The position numbers and the translations under genes were made by a program. 62,698 bases of DNA from an uncultured Candidatus Micrarchaeota archaeon (GTDB lineage: Archaea > Micrarchaeota > Micrarchaeia > Micrarchaeales > Micrarchaeaceae). Where the stretch lies: NCBI GenBank assembly GCA_963741095.1, contig CAVUGN010000006.1, positions 1 to 62,698 of the forward strand. Direction: 5' to 3'. The notes beneath the pieces were generated by a model that was given only the letters and a program-made list of their open reading frames with translations, was not told where the DNA came from and did not search any database. Position 1 is the stretch's first letter. The number at the start of each line of letters is the position of its first letter. Of the stretch, positions 46,135 through 56,442 are shown piece after piece.

Positions 46135-46755
46135 ATGAGCAAAGTCATGGATGTCGCGCAGAGGGCAACCGGGGATTACACCTCCAACCAGTACGCGCTG
46201 ATGAGAAGGAACGTGGACATGGGCATGCCGACCTATTATAACCTTGGCATTATGGATTACGCGCTGAAATTCGTGAACCTCGCCGATCCGATAGTCTACG
46301 GGGCGGCAGTGGCCGGCACAATCGGGCTTTTTCAGAAGGGCGACATCGGCTTGGGAGCCGCTTTGGGCGCGATCACAGCCGCAGAATACGTGAGCGGCAA
46401 GGCAATCAGCACATGGCATTTTCTTCAGCATAAAAACAAGCCCGCGGAGCAGGTTTACGAAGAGACGGTGGCCCATCCGGGAAGAATAATGCTCGGAGTG
46501 AGCGGCATGCTTGCCATGGCCGTGGGCATGATGGGCCTGGAGATAGCAAGCACCGTGAAGCTTCTGCAGATTGGGGAGATCGGCTTCGGAGCCGCGCTTA
46601 TTGCCTCCATTGTCATCAACGCACCCGTGAAGATACACGGTCATTCCGTCCTGGAACTGCTTCGGCTGCCCAACAGGCAGAGGGAGTTGTACGAAAGCGA
46701 GGTTAACGAGAAGACCAAGGAGTTCGCGGTGAAGTTCCCTGCGTTCAAGCACTGA
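46135..46755 (+). CDS. Membrane-associated orphan protein
   Basis: Two Gly/Ala-rich hydrophobic hairpins. Confidence 0.65.
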   Translation: MSKVMDVAQRATGDYTSNQYALMRRNVDMGMPTYYNLGIMDYALKFVNLADPIVYGAAVAGTIGLFQKGDIGLGAALGAITAAEYVSGKAISTWHFLQHKNKPAEQVYEETVAHPGRIMLGVSGMLAMAVGMMGLEIASTVKLLQIGEIGFGAALIASIVINAPVKIHGHSVLELLRLPNRQRELYESEVNEKTKEFAVKFPAFKH

Positions 46756-46810
46756 TGTTTTGCGCTTTTTCAAGGCAGGCCGGTGAAATACGAAAAGTGT
46801 GCATGAGAGT

Positions 46811-47578
46811 ATGGCCACACAGCTAACAAAGGGGCATGAACGCGTCGATGGCGTTGGCGGCGCGGCAGGCACTGGTATCGTAGAGAATCACACCTCAACC
46901 GCGACCCAGAAGGCTTTCATCTTCCTTTACCCGCAAACGGACATAATGGACTGCGAGCTCAGGAAAGGATCCATATCCATTAAGGTCTGGCCGCGAGAGA
47001 AGGAGTTCGCAAAGAGGTCGGCAATGATAAAGTCCGAGGAGGAGCTGCAAATGCTGAGGAAGGAGGCCACGGAAGACATGACCAAAGAATTCAAAAAGAT
47101 CTACGGGCCATTGCTGAATGCCAGCATAGACGCCAGGTACAGGCAGAGGGGCTTCGAGGTCTTCTTTGCGCTGCTGGACGGCACCAACATCTCGGATATC
47201 ATTGATGTGCGCCCGGCTGACCGGATAATATACGTCGGAATGGACGAGAAGACGCACAGGACAATGGGCGAGAACGGCAAGTTCCCCTACCCTAAGCAGA
47301 GTCGCATACTCGACCAACTGGGCCCGATTTCAACATTAAGAATTGGCGGCTTCCACATGTGGGACTGCGTGACAAGGCTGGCAAAATATGCGCATAGGCA
47401 GAACCTGGATGTCCTGGTCGACGAGGATCTCACAGAATTTTTCGGCTGGAGGATCAAGGATGCTTATTTCAAGGTTGACAGGTACCCCAACTATGAACCA
47501 AGAAGCTTGGGCTCTTGGAAGTTCGAGCAGTTCATGGACGCCCGGAAGGGCAAGCCATGGCTGTGGCAGGATTATTGA
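46811..47578 (+). CDS. Divergent isochorismatase/cysteine-hydrolase-like protein
   Basis: LRIGGFHMWDCV..LAKYAH...LDVLVDEDLT resembles the G..T..CV...A....V..D core. Confidence 0.5.
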   Translation: MATQLTKGHERVDGVGGAAGTGIVENHTSTATQKAFIFLYPQTDIMDCELRKGSISIKVWPREKEFAKRSAMIKSEEELQMLRKEATEDMTKEFKKIYGPLLNASIDARYRQRGFEVFFALLDGTNISDIIDVRPADRIIYVGMDEKTHRTMGENGKFPYPKQSRILDQLGPISTLRIGGFHMWDCVTRLAKYAHRQNLDVLVDEDLTEFFGWRIKDAYFKVDRYPNYEPRSLGSWKFEQFMDARKGKPWLWQDY

Positions 47579-47595
47579 TCCGCTTTTGAAGATCG

Positions 47596-47988
47596 TCAGG
47601 ACAGGGTGGTTTTCAAGAGTATCGCATTGAGCATGTTCGTGCCGACCATCATTGCACCGGAGAGATCCGCATAGGACAAGTTGATGTAAGAAAGGTTCGC
47701 GTTGGAGAAGTTCGCGTTGTGCAGATTCGCATTAAACAGGATCGCGTTTGACATGTTCGTGTTGGACAGGTTCGCATTGGAGAGGTCCGCCCTTCCAAGG
47801 CTCAGCCCGCTCAGGTCCAGGTTGTGAAGGTCCCTTCCGTTCAGGTCCACGTTCCTGTTCTTCAGCAGCGCTTCTTTTATCAGTGCAACTACGTCGCCGC
47901 GCGTGAGCCTTCCGCTCTTGAGTATTGCAATGAACTTGCCGCCCTCTTTGAATTTTGATTTGATTGCGATTGATGCGTTGTTGATCAT
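47596..47988 (-). CDS. Pentapeptide-repeat protein
   Basis: A(D/N)LSN repeats. Confidence 0.88.
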   Translation of the reverse strand: MINNASIAIKSKFKEGGKFIAILKSGRLTRGDVVALIKEALLKNRNVDLNGRDLHNLDLSGLSLGRADLSNANLSNTNMSNAILFNANLHNANFSNANLSYINLSYADLSGAMMVGTNMLNAILLKTTLS

Positions 47989-48123
47989 TTTAACACTAGT
48001 ATATTAGGGCGCCCGAAGTATATAGCACCGCCTACGGCATACGTCGTCTGGCGGCGGAGAGATTTTCTTCGAAAGTGCGGTTTGGAAAAGTTATTAGCAG
48101 TTTTCAGAGATTGCTAACCGGGG

Positions 48124-48846
48124 ATGAACATGGAAGACATAATTACGCTGATAGTGGAGCGCTGCTCGACCCGAGCACCTTTTGATCCGAGCAGGCCAGT
48201 TTCAATCGAAGACATGAAGAGGATCGTCGAGGCTGCCAGGTGGGCGCCGACCGCGCACAACATGCAGAACTTCGAGATACTGTTCGTGGATGACAGGAAG
48301 GTTCTTGAGAAACTGGCAGCGATAAAATCCACGCCGCAGGAATCTTTCATCAGGGAGAACTTCCTGCAGATGTCGAAATCCGAGGAGGAGCTGAAAAAGA
48401 AGAAGGTTGGCGTGCTCGGCAGGCAGTTCCCGCCGGCGTGGCAGGACGCGTCGAAGCTTGATGCGGCAGTGAAGGACGCGAAGCCGACGCCGCTAGGCTA
48501 CACGATAAAGGACAGCCCCTCAGTCGTCATAGTGACTTACGACACAAGGAAGCGCGCTCCTGGCTCGGAGAACGACATGCTCGGCTTCCTGGGCCTGGGC
48601 TGCGTCATGGAGAACATGTGGCTGATGGCCAATTCGCTGGGCATAGGATTCCAGATAATGAGCGTCTTCTCGAGCAAGGAGATAGCCGGAGAGCTGAAGC
48701 AGCTGCTCGGGATACCGAAGCATATGGAGGTTGGGTTCGCAGTGAGGACGGGATACCCCGTGGCGAAGGTTGATTATCTCAGGGTGAGGCGCGATGCCGA
48801 AGATTTCACGCACCACAACGCCTTCGGCAACAGAGGTTTTGATTGA
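48124..48846 (+). CDS. Nitroreductase-family protein
   Basis: RCSTR, AARWAPTAHNMQ, ENMWLMANSLGIG. Confidence 0.9.
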   Translation: MNMEDIITLIVERCSTRAPFDPSRPVSIEDMKRIVEAARWAPTAHNMQNFEILFVDDRKVLEKLAAIKSTPQESFIRENFLQMSKSEEELKKKKVGVLGRQFPPAWQDASKLDAAVKDAKPTPLGYTIKDSPSVVIVTYDTRKRAPGSENDMLGFLGLGCVMENMWLMANSLGIGFQIMSVFSSKEIAGELKQLLGIPKHMEVGFAVRTGYPVAKVDYLRVRRDAEDFTHHNAFGNRGFD

Positions 48847-48857
48847 TCGGTGATTGG

Positions 48858-49157
48858 ATGGCTCTCGAACTATTCTTGATCTGGTATTTCCTAATCGGAG
48901 GCCTGCTGGGCAACGGCGTGCCGCATTTCGTGTTCGGCGCGGCCGGAAAGATTTTCCGGAGCCCGTTCGGCCAGAAGTCCAAACCCAGGGTCAACATCGC
49001 CTGGGGCCTCTCGAACTTCGTTCTTGCGACGATGATCTCTGCTGGATTGATACTGTCCAACCTTTACAGTAGCTATTCGCTGATCGCGCTGCTGCTTGGA
49101 TTCTAGCTGATGATGCTGACGTTCGGCCTGCAGATCAAGAAATTCCTGAACGAATGA
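48858..49157 (+). pseudogene. Small membrane protein with an in-frame TAG at 49104-49106
   Basis: NGVPHFV.G..G..F.SPFG; the hydrophobic helix continues LLGF*LMMLTFGLQIKKFLNE. Confidence 0.55.
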
Positions 49158-49187
49158 CGAGCATTACAAGGTAATCGATAGGAGGAG

Positions 49188-49991
49188 ATGATGATAACCA
49201 AACTTTCCGGAAAGAAGGTATTCCCCATAGGCTTCGGGACCTGGGGGTTCGGCGGCTGGCTCTTCACTGACAAGAGCGATGACCGGATCGAGCTTGAAGC
49301 GATCAAGTTCGCGCTCGACAGCGGCATCAACGTGATAGACACCGCGGAGCTCTACGGCAAGGGCCATTCTGAGGAGCTTGTCGGAAGGGCGATTGCGGGG
49401 CGAGACCGCGAAGAGCTGGTCGTGATAACCAAGGCGTGGATGACGCACCTGAGCAGAGATAGGATAATGAAGGCCGCGAAGGCGAGCCTGAAGAGGCTCA
49501 ACACTGATTACATCGACCTTTACCTGATACACTGGCCAAGACCTTTGATGAACATGAAGGAGACGATAGGCGCGATGGAGGAGCTGGTGGACAAAGGACT
49601 GGTGCGCAGCATCGGCGTGAGCAACTTCGGCGTCGACAATCTCAAGAGGGCGATCGAGGCGACAAAACGCTACGACATAGCAGCCGACGAGATAAAGTAC
49701 AGCCTTGCGGAAAAGGCGTGCGAGAAAGACGTGGTGCCCTTCTGCGAGAAGAACGGGATAGATGTCATAGCTTACACTCCGCTGGCAAAGGGGAGGATAT
49801 CGGAAGTGGCTGGGATAGGCGAGATTGCGAAGGCATATGGGAAGACTCCTGTGCAGGTCGCATTGAACTACCTGGCAAGAAGGTCGCTGCCCATACCAAA
49901 ATCGAGCAACAAGGACCACATAAGGGAGATGATCGGCAGCGTGGGCTGGCAGCTCAAGAAAAAGGACTACGGGAAACTGGGAGCGGATTGA
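49188..49991 (+). CDS. Aldo/keto reductase
   Basis: IGFGTW, IDTAELYG, DLYLIHWP, IGVSNF, IPKS. Confidence 0.95.
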   Translation: MMITKLSGKKVFPIGFGTWGFGGWLFTDKSDDRIELEAIKFALDSGINVIDTAELYGKGHSEELVGRAIAGRDREELVVITKAWMTHLSRDRIMKAAKASLKRLNTDYIDLYLIHWPRPLMNMKETIGAMEELVDKGLVRSIGVSNFGVDNLKRAIEATKRYDIAADEIKYSLAEKACEKDVVPFCEKNGIDVIAYTPLAKGRISEVAGIGEIAKAYGKTPVQVALNYLARRSLPIPKSSNKDHIREMIGSVGWQLKKKDYGKLGAD

Positions 49992-50081
49992 GGATTGAAA
50001 GGCCTCATCATAAAAATTCCAGCCGGAAGAGCCATAGGGAAGGCATAAGTATTTCCTGGACCGCTTTTATTGCGTGGAACG

Positions 50082-50669
50082 ATGTCTGAAAGGAGCATGA
50101 ACGATCCGATGAATGACGGCGCGGGCAAGAACAGAACGCCCTACTTCGTATCGGTTCTTGGCGGATTGATCAACGAGTTCAGGCTGAACCTCCATGGATC
50201 CTATCTGGCGGGGGAATTCTCTTCCGACCCAAAGAGGCTGGAGGCACAGATGCAGATAATGGGCGAATACGCGGCAGTACTCTATGGAAGCCTAAGGGCT
50301 TTTGCAACGGATGTCGAAAGGAGGGATGAGTCGGGGATCGGGAAGCAGTATGATGCGCGCTTGATGTTCAGGGACATGATCGTGCTTGTGCTCGGGGGCG
50401 ACGACCTCAGCAAGACCATGCTGATCACTACCATCGCCTTAGCCGCACAGTACGCGATAGACGAAAAGAAGAACTACGAGGAAAGATATGTGGACATCGG
50501 AATCGATGAGCTAATCTCATTCACGTTCGAGAAGGTCGACAAGAGGGCTGCGGGATATCTGCTTGAAAAATTCAGGCGGGAGTGCCCGCCGCTGCGTCTG
50601 GCAAGATCCAGACGCATGATATCACGCAAGAACTGGGAGGACCAGATGGAGCGCCTGTTCAGGAAATGA
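50082..50669 (+). CDS. Orphan helical protein
   Basis: GGCATAAGTATTTCC at 50042-50056. Confidence 0.65.
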   Translation: MSERSMNDPMNDGAGKNRTPYFVSVLGGLINEFRLNLHGSYLAGEFSSDPKRLEAQMQIMGEYAAVLYGSLRAFATDVERRDESGIGKQYDARLMFRDMIVLVLGGDDLSKTMLITTIALAAQYAIDEKKNYEERYVDIGIDELISFTFEKVDKRAAGYLLEKFRRECPPLRLARSRRMISRKNWEDQMERLFRK

Positions 50670-50676
50670 CTTGGGT

Positions 50677-51492
50677 TTACATCGCCTCCATGATCCTCTC
50701 GTCGCCGTCGTCAGGTTCCGTTTCTGCCTGCCTCAGCATCAGCTCGTGCCGATCGTCGTCGTACGGTTTGACGAGGTTGTTTATGCCTTCTATCGCGGTC
50801 TCGTACATGCCTGCATCCGCATAGGCGCAGATGGATAGGCACAGAGTGCTGTAGATTATGCATCTCCCCAGTGCGTTGGTGACCGTCAGGTCAAGATTGG
50901 CCAGCCTGAGTTCCCACACCTCTGCACTTTTGCTCGGGTGCTCCATCTCGTCGAGCGAACTGTTGTAGAGCGCTCTGGCGGACTGGAAATCGAATTGGTC
51001 TTTTTCCCTTTCCGCGGACCAGACTTTCAGATAAGCAAGTTCTTTCTCATCCATCAGGTGGTTGGACGCACATCCCTTTTCGATCAAGTTTATGGCCGTG
51101 TTGAGATAGCCTATGCACAGCGAGTTTATGCGCTTCGCCGTGTTCTCCACGGATTCCGTTATCCCGCTCCTGCGCGTCATCGGATCCGCTTCGTAGGCAT
51201 AAGCGCCCAGAGAGGAGAGGTACGCGTCGAGATGGTTGCCCAGCAACTCGGGCAGCACGCTCTTCTCGTCCGCATCCTTGTCTTCCAGCATCATCTTTTG
51301 CTGCTCCTCCATGTGCATCAGTATGACTCTGGCGGCCGACGGCGATGCCCCCCTCGTTTTCATCTGCTCGAAGATGCCGCTCATGAGCTCCGAGTTTGAG
51401 AGCGAGAGGCAGTCCATCAGTGCGTCAATCCCCCGATTGATGTACTGCTGGGGATCATTGTGCATGTCATGATTGCGTTCGTTTGAGATCAT
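50677..51492 (-). CDS. Orphan helical protein, paralogue of 58184..59779
   Basis: Shared GYLN.A...W..ER..D.FDF.S. Confidence 0.7.
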   Translation of the reverse strand: MISNERNHDMHNDPQQYINRGIDALMDCLSLSNSELMSGIFEQMKTRGASPSAARVILMHMEEQQKMMLEDKDADEKSVLPELLGNHLDAYLSSLGAYAYEADPMTRRSGITESVENTAKRINSLCIGYLNTAINLIEKGCASNHLMDEKELAYLKVWSAEREKDQFDFQSARALYNSSLDEMEHPSKSAEVWELRLANLDLTVTNALGRCIIYSTLCLSICAYADAGMYETAIEGINNLVKPYDDDRHELMLRQAETEPDDGDERIMEAM

Positions 51493-51570
51493 CTTTTCAC
51501 ACCGGCGCACTTCCCCATTTTCATAGAGACGGTTCTACCCCATGAAATATTTATAACATGCGATTAGCGC

Positions 51571-51656
51571 GGCTTTGCACAAAAAAACACGTTTGCACTT
51601 TTAATCGGAAATTTGCACATTTAATAGGCACTTTTACCTATTTTATGTGCAAAGCC
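51571..51656. mobile_element. 86-bp MITE with 16-bp TIRs and a 9-bp target-site duplication
   Basis: TIR GGCTTTGCACAAAAAA / TTTTATGTGCAAAGCC (15/16); flanking GATTAGCGC at 51562-51570 and 51657-51665. Confidence 0.88.
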
Positions 51657-51716
51657 GATTAGCGCGCTGACGATGGATTTTAATGCTTGCGCTGTAATTC
51701 TAGATCAAGTGCTCGA

Positions 51717-52106
51717 ATGGCCAAATACCAACCAGGTGTCTGCAACATAGGCAAGAACGAGATAAGGAAGAGGTACGCACTGGCTGCAGCAGGCTTCGCG
51801 GTGTCCGCGATTTTTGTCTGCCTTGCGCTGCTGTACGGCCTGCCTAAATGGGCACTGTTCATAACGTTCGTACCGTTGGTGATGGGCTTCGAGGGCTTCT
51901 TTCAAGGATACCTGAGGTTCTGCGCGGGCTTCGCTGCTGCTGGCATCTACGATTTCGCCGGCTCCGGAGGGTCAAGGAACAAAGTGGCGGACATGGAATC
52001 GCACAGAGAGGACCTGAAGAAGGCGATGAAGATCCACGCGTATTCGGTGTTCTCCAGCATTGTCGTGGTTGCGGTGATCTATCTTGCGCTGTGGGCGTAC
52101 CTCTGA
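51717..52106 (+). CDS. Small membrane protein (PGVCNIG family)
   Basis: High similarity to the N-terminal domain of 25496..26884. Confidence 0.8.
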   Translation: MAKYQPGVCNIGKNEIRKRYALAAAGFAVSAIFVCLALLYGLPKWALFITFVPLVMGFEGFFQGYLRFCAGFAAAGIYDFAGSGGSRNKVADMESHREDLKKAMKIHAYSVFSSIVVVAVIYLALWAYL

Positions 52107-52181
52107 CGACTTCCCTTGATCATTCCCGAGTTGCAACAGAATTTTATATCTTGGCACCCACATATATCCAGAAGTGGGAAC

Positions 52182-52838
52182 ATGGTGGGAAAAACCAATT
52201 CGAGAAGTAGCTCGATATTCGTAGGCGCTCATCCTGATGACATAGAAGCGGGATGCCTTGGCACGATAATGTACCTGATAAAGCAGAGGAACGAAGATGT
52301 TTATTGCATAGTCGCGACCGACGGCGAGGCCGGAGTCGACAACAGCGTCAGGCTCAGCAGGCTGGAGAGGAGCATGAAGGCGCTCGGGGGGGCGGGGGTC
52401 AAAAAGGAGAACATAACGTTCATGCACCTGCCGGACACGCTGCTGGATGCGAACAGGATATCCTTGTTCAGCAAGATAGAGGTGCTCTGCATCAAGAATC
52501 CGGTAAAGAGGGTGTTCCTGCAATCGAACAAGGACGCACACCAGGACCACCGTGCGGTGTACGATGCCGGGATCAGCGCGGCGCGCAATGTCGGAATGGT
52601 GCTCGCCTACGAGTCCAACGCCAGCACGACGACCGAGTTTTCGCCCACATACTTCGTGGGCATAGACCCTTACATCAAGAGCAAGCTGAAATTGCTGGAG
52701 CACAACGGCAAAACGCAGAATGACGCGCGTTACAAGTCCATGGACTGCCTGGAAGCGCTTGCCAGGCACAGGGGGATGCAATCCAAGGTGGCCAGCCACG
52801 CGGAGGCTTTTGAGGTATTGAGGATGGGCGAGGCATGA
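52182..52838 (+). CDS. PIG-L/LmbE-family deacetylase
   Basis: AHPDD, TDGEAG, HQDH, AEAF. Confidence 0.92.
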   Translation: MVGKTNSRSSSIFVGAHPDDIEAGCLGTIMYLIKQRNEDVYCIVATDGEAGVDNSVRLSRLERSMKALGGAGVKKENITFMHLPDTLLDANRISLFSKIEVLCIKNPVKRVFLQSNKDAHQDHRAVYDAGISAARNVGMVLAYESNASTTTEFSPTYFVGIDPYIKSKLKLLEHNGKTQNDARYKSMDCLEALARHRGMQSKVASHAEAFEVLRMGEA

Positions 52839-52969
52839 GGATTTGCCCCGTTCCGGCGCGGAAGCGCCTTTTTTGCCCGCACCTGGCACAGCCACATAAC
52901 GCTTTAATAACCTCCCAGCGAGTTATAGTCTAAAGTAAACTGTGGGTGTTTTGATTGAGCATTTTTTCG

Positions 52970-54601
52970 ATGTCACAGACCAAGCAGGATATCAACCGCG
53001 TAGGGGAGATAATGGGCCTGCTGGCCAGGTACGAGTGGGGCGAGTTCGCAGACCGCATAAGGAAAAAGGAGAAGATACCGATACGTCTCCCGAAGGGCAA
53101 GCCGATCATAGAGATCGGCAGGATAAGCTCGCAGGAGAGGCTGCGCCTGATGCTTGAAGAGCTTGGCCCGACCTTCGTGAAGTTCGGCCAGATGCTCAGC
53201 ACGCGCGCCGACATAATAGGGGAGGACTACGCCGAGGAGCTGGCCAAGCTGCAGGACAACATGAAGCCCTTCCCCTCCGACCAGGCAAAGCAGATAATTG
53301 CGGACGAGCTTGGAAGCAAGGTGGGCTCCCTGTTCGCGAGTTTCGAGACTGAGCCGCTGGCATCGGCCTCGATAGGCCAGGTTCACAGGGCGGTCCTGAA
53401 GAACGGCAAGAAGGTCGTCGTGAAGGTGCAGCGTCCGGGCATATTTGAAAAGGTCAAGGAGGACCTGCGCATAATGCGCTACCTGGCGCTGCAGGCCGAC
53501 AAGCACATACCGGAGGTGAAGGAGTACGATCCCATCTATCTTGTTGATGAGTTCGAGAGGTCCATAATGAAGGAGCTGGATTTCTCCAGGGAGGCGAAGA
53601 GCGCTGTGCGCCTCAAGAACAACCTGAAGGAGGACAAGGGAGTCTATGTCCCCGCGGTGTACGAGGAGCTGTGCACCAAGAAGGTCATGGTGATGGAGGA
53701 GATCCGGGGAGAGAAGCTTTCGAGCATAATAAGCTCCGGATCGGAAAAGTACGACAGGAGCCTGATCGCGAAGAGGTGCGTCCGGGCATTCTTCAAGATG
53801 GTGCTCGTCGACGGCTTTTACCATGCGGACATGCATCCCGGCAACATAATGATACTCAAGAACAGCGTCGTCTGCTTCCTCGACTTCGGCCGCGTAGGCA
53901 CGATAGACAGCAATGTTGCAGAGAGCATATTCAGGCTCGCGCTCTTCGCGGTCGAGGATGACACCGCCGGCCTCGTGGCCCACATGCTCAGGACGGGCAT
54001 GATAAGCGACGGCGCCAACACGGACACCTTCAAGGCGGATATCGCCGACGTGCTCGATGCCTACTACAGCAAGGACATAGTGAAGGTCAAGATGGGCCAG
54101 ATGCTCTCCGACCTGATGTCAGTGATAAGCAAGTACGAGTTCAAGCGCCCCAGGGAGGTGGCCGAGCTGACGAGATCGCTGCTCATACTGGAGGGGGTCT
54201 GCTACAGCCTGGACCCGCAGTTCAACATAGCCGAGGAGTTCGAACCGTACGTGAAGGACCTACTTCCAAAAGGGGTTGACACGCGCAAGCTGTTCGATGT
54301 GGTGTTCAACGAAGTCATTGACTTTGAGTACATTGCAAGGTCCCTGCCCTCCGCGCTTAGGAGCTTCATAAGGAAGTTCGAGGAAGGCAAATTGAAGATA
54401 GAGCTCGAGCACAAGGATCTGATGGAGTTCTCCGCGGACCTTGACAGGATAAGCGATAAGATGTCGATCGCGCTGCTCGTATCGGCGCTGATCGTTGCAT
54501 CCGCAATCATCGTGCAGGTGAGCAGGAACATAGGCATAGCCGGCTTCGTGTTCAGCGGCCTGCTCGGCCTCTGGCTGGTGCTGAAGATTCTGCTGGAATG
54601 A
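52970..54601 (+). CDS. ubiB: AarF/ABC1/UbiB-family kinase-like protein
   Basis: LGPTFVKFGQ, ASASIGQVH, VKVQRP, HADMHPGN, LDFG. Confidence 0.92.
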   Translation: MSQTKQDINRVGEIMGLLARYEWGEFADRIRKKEKIPIRLPKGKPIIEIGRISSQERLRLMLEELGPTFVKFGQMLSTRADIIGEDYAEELAKLQDNMKPFPSDQAKQIIADELGSKVGSLFASFETEPLASASIGQVHRAVLKNGKKVVVKVQRPGIFEKVKEDLRIMRYLALQADKHIPEVKEYDPIYLVDEFERSIMKELDFSREAKSAVRLKNNLKEDKGVYVPAVYEELCTKKVMVMEEIRGEKLSSIISSGSEKYDRSLIAKRCVRAFFKMVLVDGFYHADMHPGNIMILKNSVVCFLDFGRVGTIDSNVAESIFRLALFAVEDDTAGLVAHMLRTGMISDGANTDTFKADIADVLDAYYSKDIVKVKMGQMLSDLMSVISKYEFKRPREVAELTRSLLILEGVCYSLDPQFNIAEEFEPYVKDLLPKGVDTRKLFDVVFNEVIDFEYIARSLPSALRSFIRKFEEGKLKIELEHKDLMEFSADLDRISDKMSIALLVSALIVASAIIVQVSRNIGIAGFVFSGLLGLWLVLKILLE

Positions 54602-54618
54602 CGCTTAGGAGTGAGAAT

Positions 54619-54951
54619 ATGAAAAAATCGGACCAAGACATGGACAAGTTTGTCAAGAAGGGGATGGATTTCGGCGTGGGGGTCGCATACATCGCAGTCA
54701 AGGCCATGACCGGAGCACTGGACAAGCTGGAGAAAGAGGGCAAGATAAACAGGAAGGACAGCGAGAGGTTCGTCAGGGAGACGGTAAAGAAGTACGAATC
54801 CCAGGGGGAGCAGTACGCCAAGACCGTCAAGAGCCAGATGGACACGCTCACGAAGTCCGCGCCTTTCGTCACCAAGAAGGAGATGAAGGAGCTCAATGCG
54901 AGGATAGACAGCATAAGCAAGCTGCTCAACCAGCGCAAGGGCAAGAAGTGA
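54619..54951 (+). CDS. Phasin-like coiled-coil protein
   Basis: FGVG..., L.KEGKI...S, TK.E..EL..RI; typical neighbour of UbiB-like genes. Confidence 0.7.
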   Translation: MKKSDQDMDKFVKKGMDFGVGVAYIAVKAMTGALDKLEKEGKINRKDSERFVRETVKKYESQGEQYAKTVKSQMDTLTKSAPFVTKKEMKELNARIDSISKLLNQRKGKK

Positions 54952-55011
54952 TGTTGGGATGAACCGTGCGGGCCTGCGCTCGCACGGTCTTCATTCTGGC
55001 AACAAAGCGCA

Positions 55012-55416
55012 TCACTTTTTCTCGAAGTACTTTTGCAGAAGGTTCCAATAGTAGTCCCTCCAGCCATCGGCGTAGTCCTTCATCTGCGACTTCGGCACCC
55101 TCGTGTGCAGCATCGTCAGTTCAGTCTTTGCACCGACCTTTTTGAGCGTTATCGTTAGTATGGATGGCGGATATCCTTCTGGCCATTCGGTCGTGCTCCA
55201 CTCCTGCACTATCCTCTTTCCCTTGACAAGCTCGATGAACTTGCCGGTTATGTAATCGTCCCATGCGGCCATCCTGCCGCCGACCTTTGGCACTATTTTT
55301 GCCCCGCTGCCGGTGAACTTCGAATGTATCTTCGAATCCAGGTAGGCTTCGTACACCTCTTCGGGTGCCGCGTCTATGAGGATCCTCTGCTTTATTGTGC
55401 CCGTCACGATCGCCAT
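55012..55416 (-). CDS. SRPBCC/AHSA1-domain protein
   Basis: APEEVYEA, RIVQEW, GWRDYYW. Confidence 0.88.
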   Translation of the reverse strand: MAIVTGTIKQRILIDAAPEEVYEAYLDSKIHSKFTGSGAKIVPKVGGRMAAWDDYITGKFIELVKGKRIVQEWSTTEWPEGYPPSILTITLKKVGAKTELTMLHTRVPKSQMKDYADGWRDYYWNLLQKYFEKK

Positions 55417-55420
55417 AGGA

Positions 55421-55816
55421 TCACATTATGATACCGCTCCGAACAGATATAAGATTGCGTATGGCTAACGCTGAAGCGCATAAAAAAAGAAAAAGACAGA
55501 AATGCGCAGTACGCATCATGCGTGACTGCTTCGCGAAATCGGTCACGCCCGGTATCGCCACATCGGCGTTCGTCGAGGCCATGTACCCTATGTAAAGGCC
55601 GTACAGCCATGTAAGCAGCCCGAGAATCCCGCCTATGATTGGAACGTAGAACAGTATTGTCCCTATCACCCCAAGCAATAGTATCGACTGTATCGCATGC
55701 TGCTTCTTCCTCTTGTCTGTTCCGCTGATCAGGAAGAAAAGTATGCCCGTTAGCCATCCCAGAAAGTATATCAGTATGTAGCTGAAGTCTCCCTGCTTAG
55801 TTTTTGCGGTTGCCAT
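55421..55816 (-). CDS. DUF4870-like small membrane protein
   Basis: YFLGWLTGILFF...HAIQS; the C-terminal tail may be a read-through extension. Confidence 0.7.
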   Translation of the reverse strand: MATAKTKQGDFSYILIYFLGWLTGILFFLISGTDKRKKQHAIQSILLLGVIGTILFYVPIIGGILGLLTWLYGLYIGYMASTNADVAIPGVTDFAKQSRMMRTAHFCLFLFLCASALAIRNLISVRSGIIM

Positions 55817-55867
55817 AGCATCGTTTACACTGGCTCAGTGCAGGTTTTTAATGGTTGCGCAGAGCCG

Positions 55868-56332
55868 TTATTCGAGCTCCGCAGCAAGCCGGTCCAAAGA
55901 TTCATTCCAGCCCTGCTTCATGCCGGGCAGGTACAGGTAAGCCTCGAGCGCGTGCACCTTGGTGACTCTCGCCCTGGCGGTGACCTTTGTCTTCTTGCCG
56001 CGCTCGGCGAAGATGAAGGTCTGGAGCACCTCGAAGATGGGTTTCTTGTTCCGGTCCAGCGCGGCAGCGGAGATCACAAGCCTTTCGGGTTTCACGATCT
56101 CCCGATAGACCCCGCTTATCGGGTATTTTGCCCCGTCCGGGGCGCGCATGTCAATCTTGATTGAGCATCCGGTCTTGAGATTTATCCTGCAGGATGGACT
56201 TGTGAAATCCTTCGGCCCCCACCATCGCACCAGCTTTTTCGGGTTGGTGAATGCCTCCCAGACGGCTGAGCGCGGCGCATCGAATACGCGCGTCACTACC
56301 ATATCTTTTTTGCCTTCGCCCTTGGTCGCCAC
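55868..56332 (-). CDS. SRPBCC/AHSA1-domain protein
   Basis: TRVFDAPR..VW.AFT.P....WWGP, GWNESLDRL. Confidence 0.9.
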   Translation of the reverse strand: MATKGEGKKDMVVTRVFDAPRSAVWEAFTNPKKLVRWWGPKDFTSPSCRINLKTGCSIKIDMRAPDGAKYPISGVYREIVKPERLVISAAALDRNKKPIFEVLQTFIFAERGKKTKVTARARVTKVHALEAYLYLPGMKQGWNESLDRLAAELE

Positions 56333-56442
56333 TTTTCCACCGATTTTATATCGAAAGTTTAAATTGACTGCCCCGCGTTACAGTTCCGTACATGGTAATT
56401 GCAGGGAATGTTTATATAGCAATCAGAACTTAACCGATAAAT

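Noticed and set aside
12221-49106. Amber (TAG) recoding suggested by two in-frame TAGs
   Set aside because: Several clearly complete genes end in TAG (15726, 38991, 39792, 40074); point mutation or basecall error is simpler
38053-53983. Long antisense ORFs (38053..39021, 46003..46872, 51972..52895, 52973..53983)
   Set aside because: They shadow better-supported genes on the opposite strand, as expected from GC3-rich codon usage
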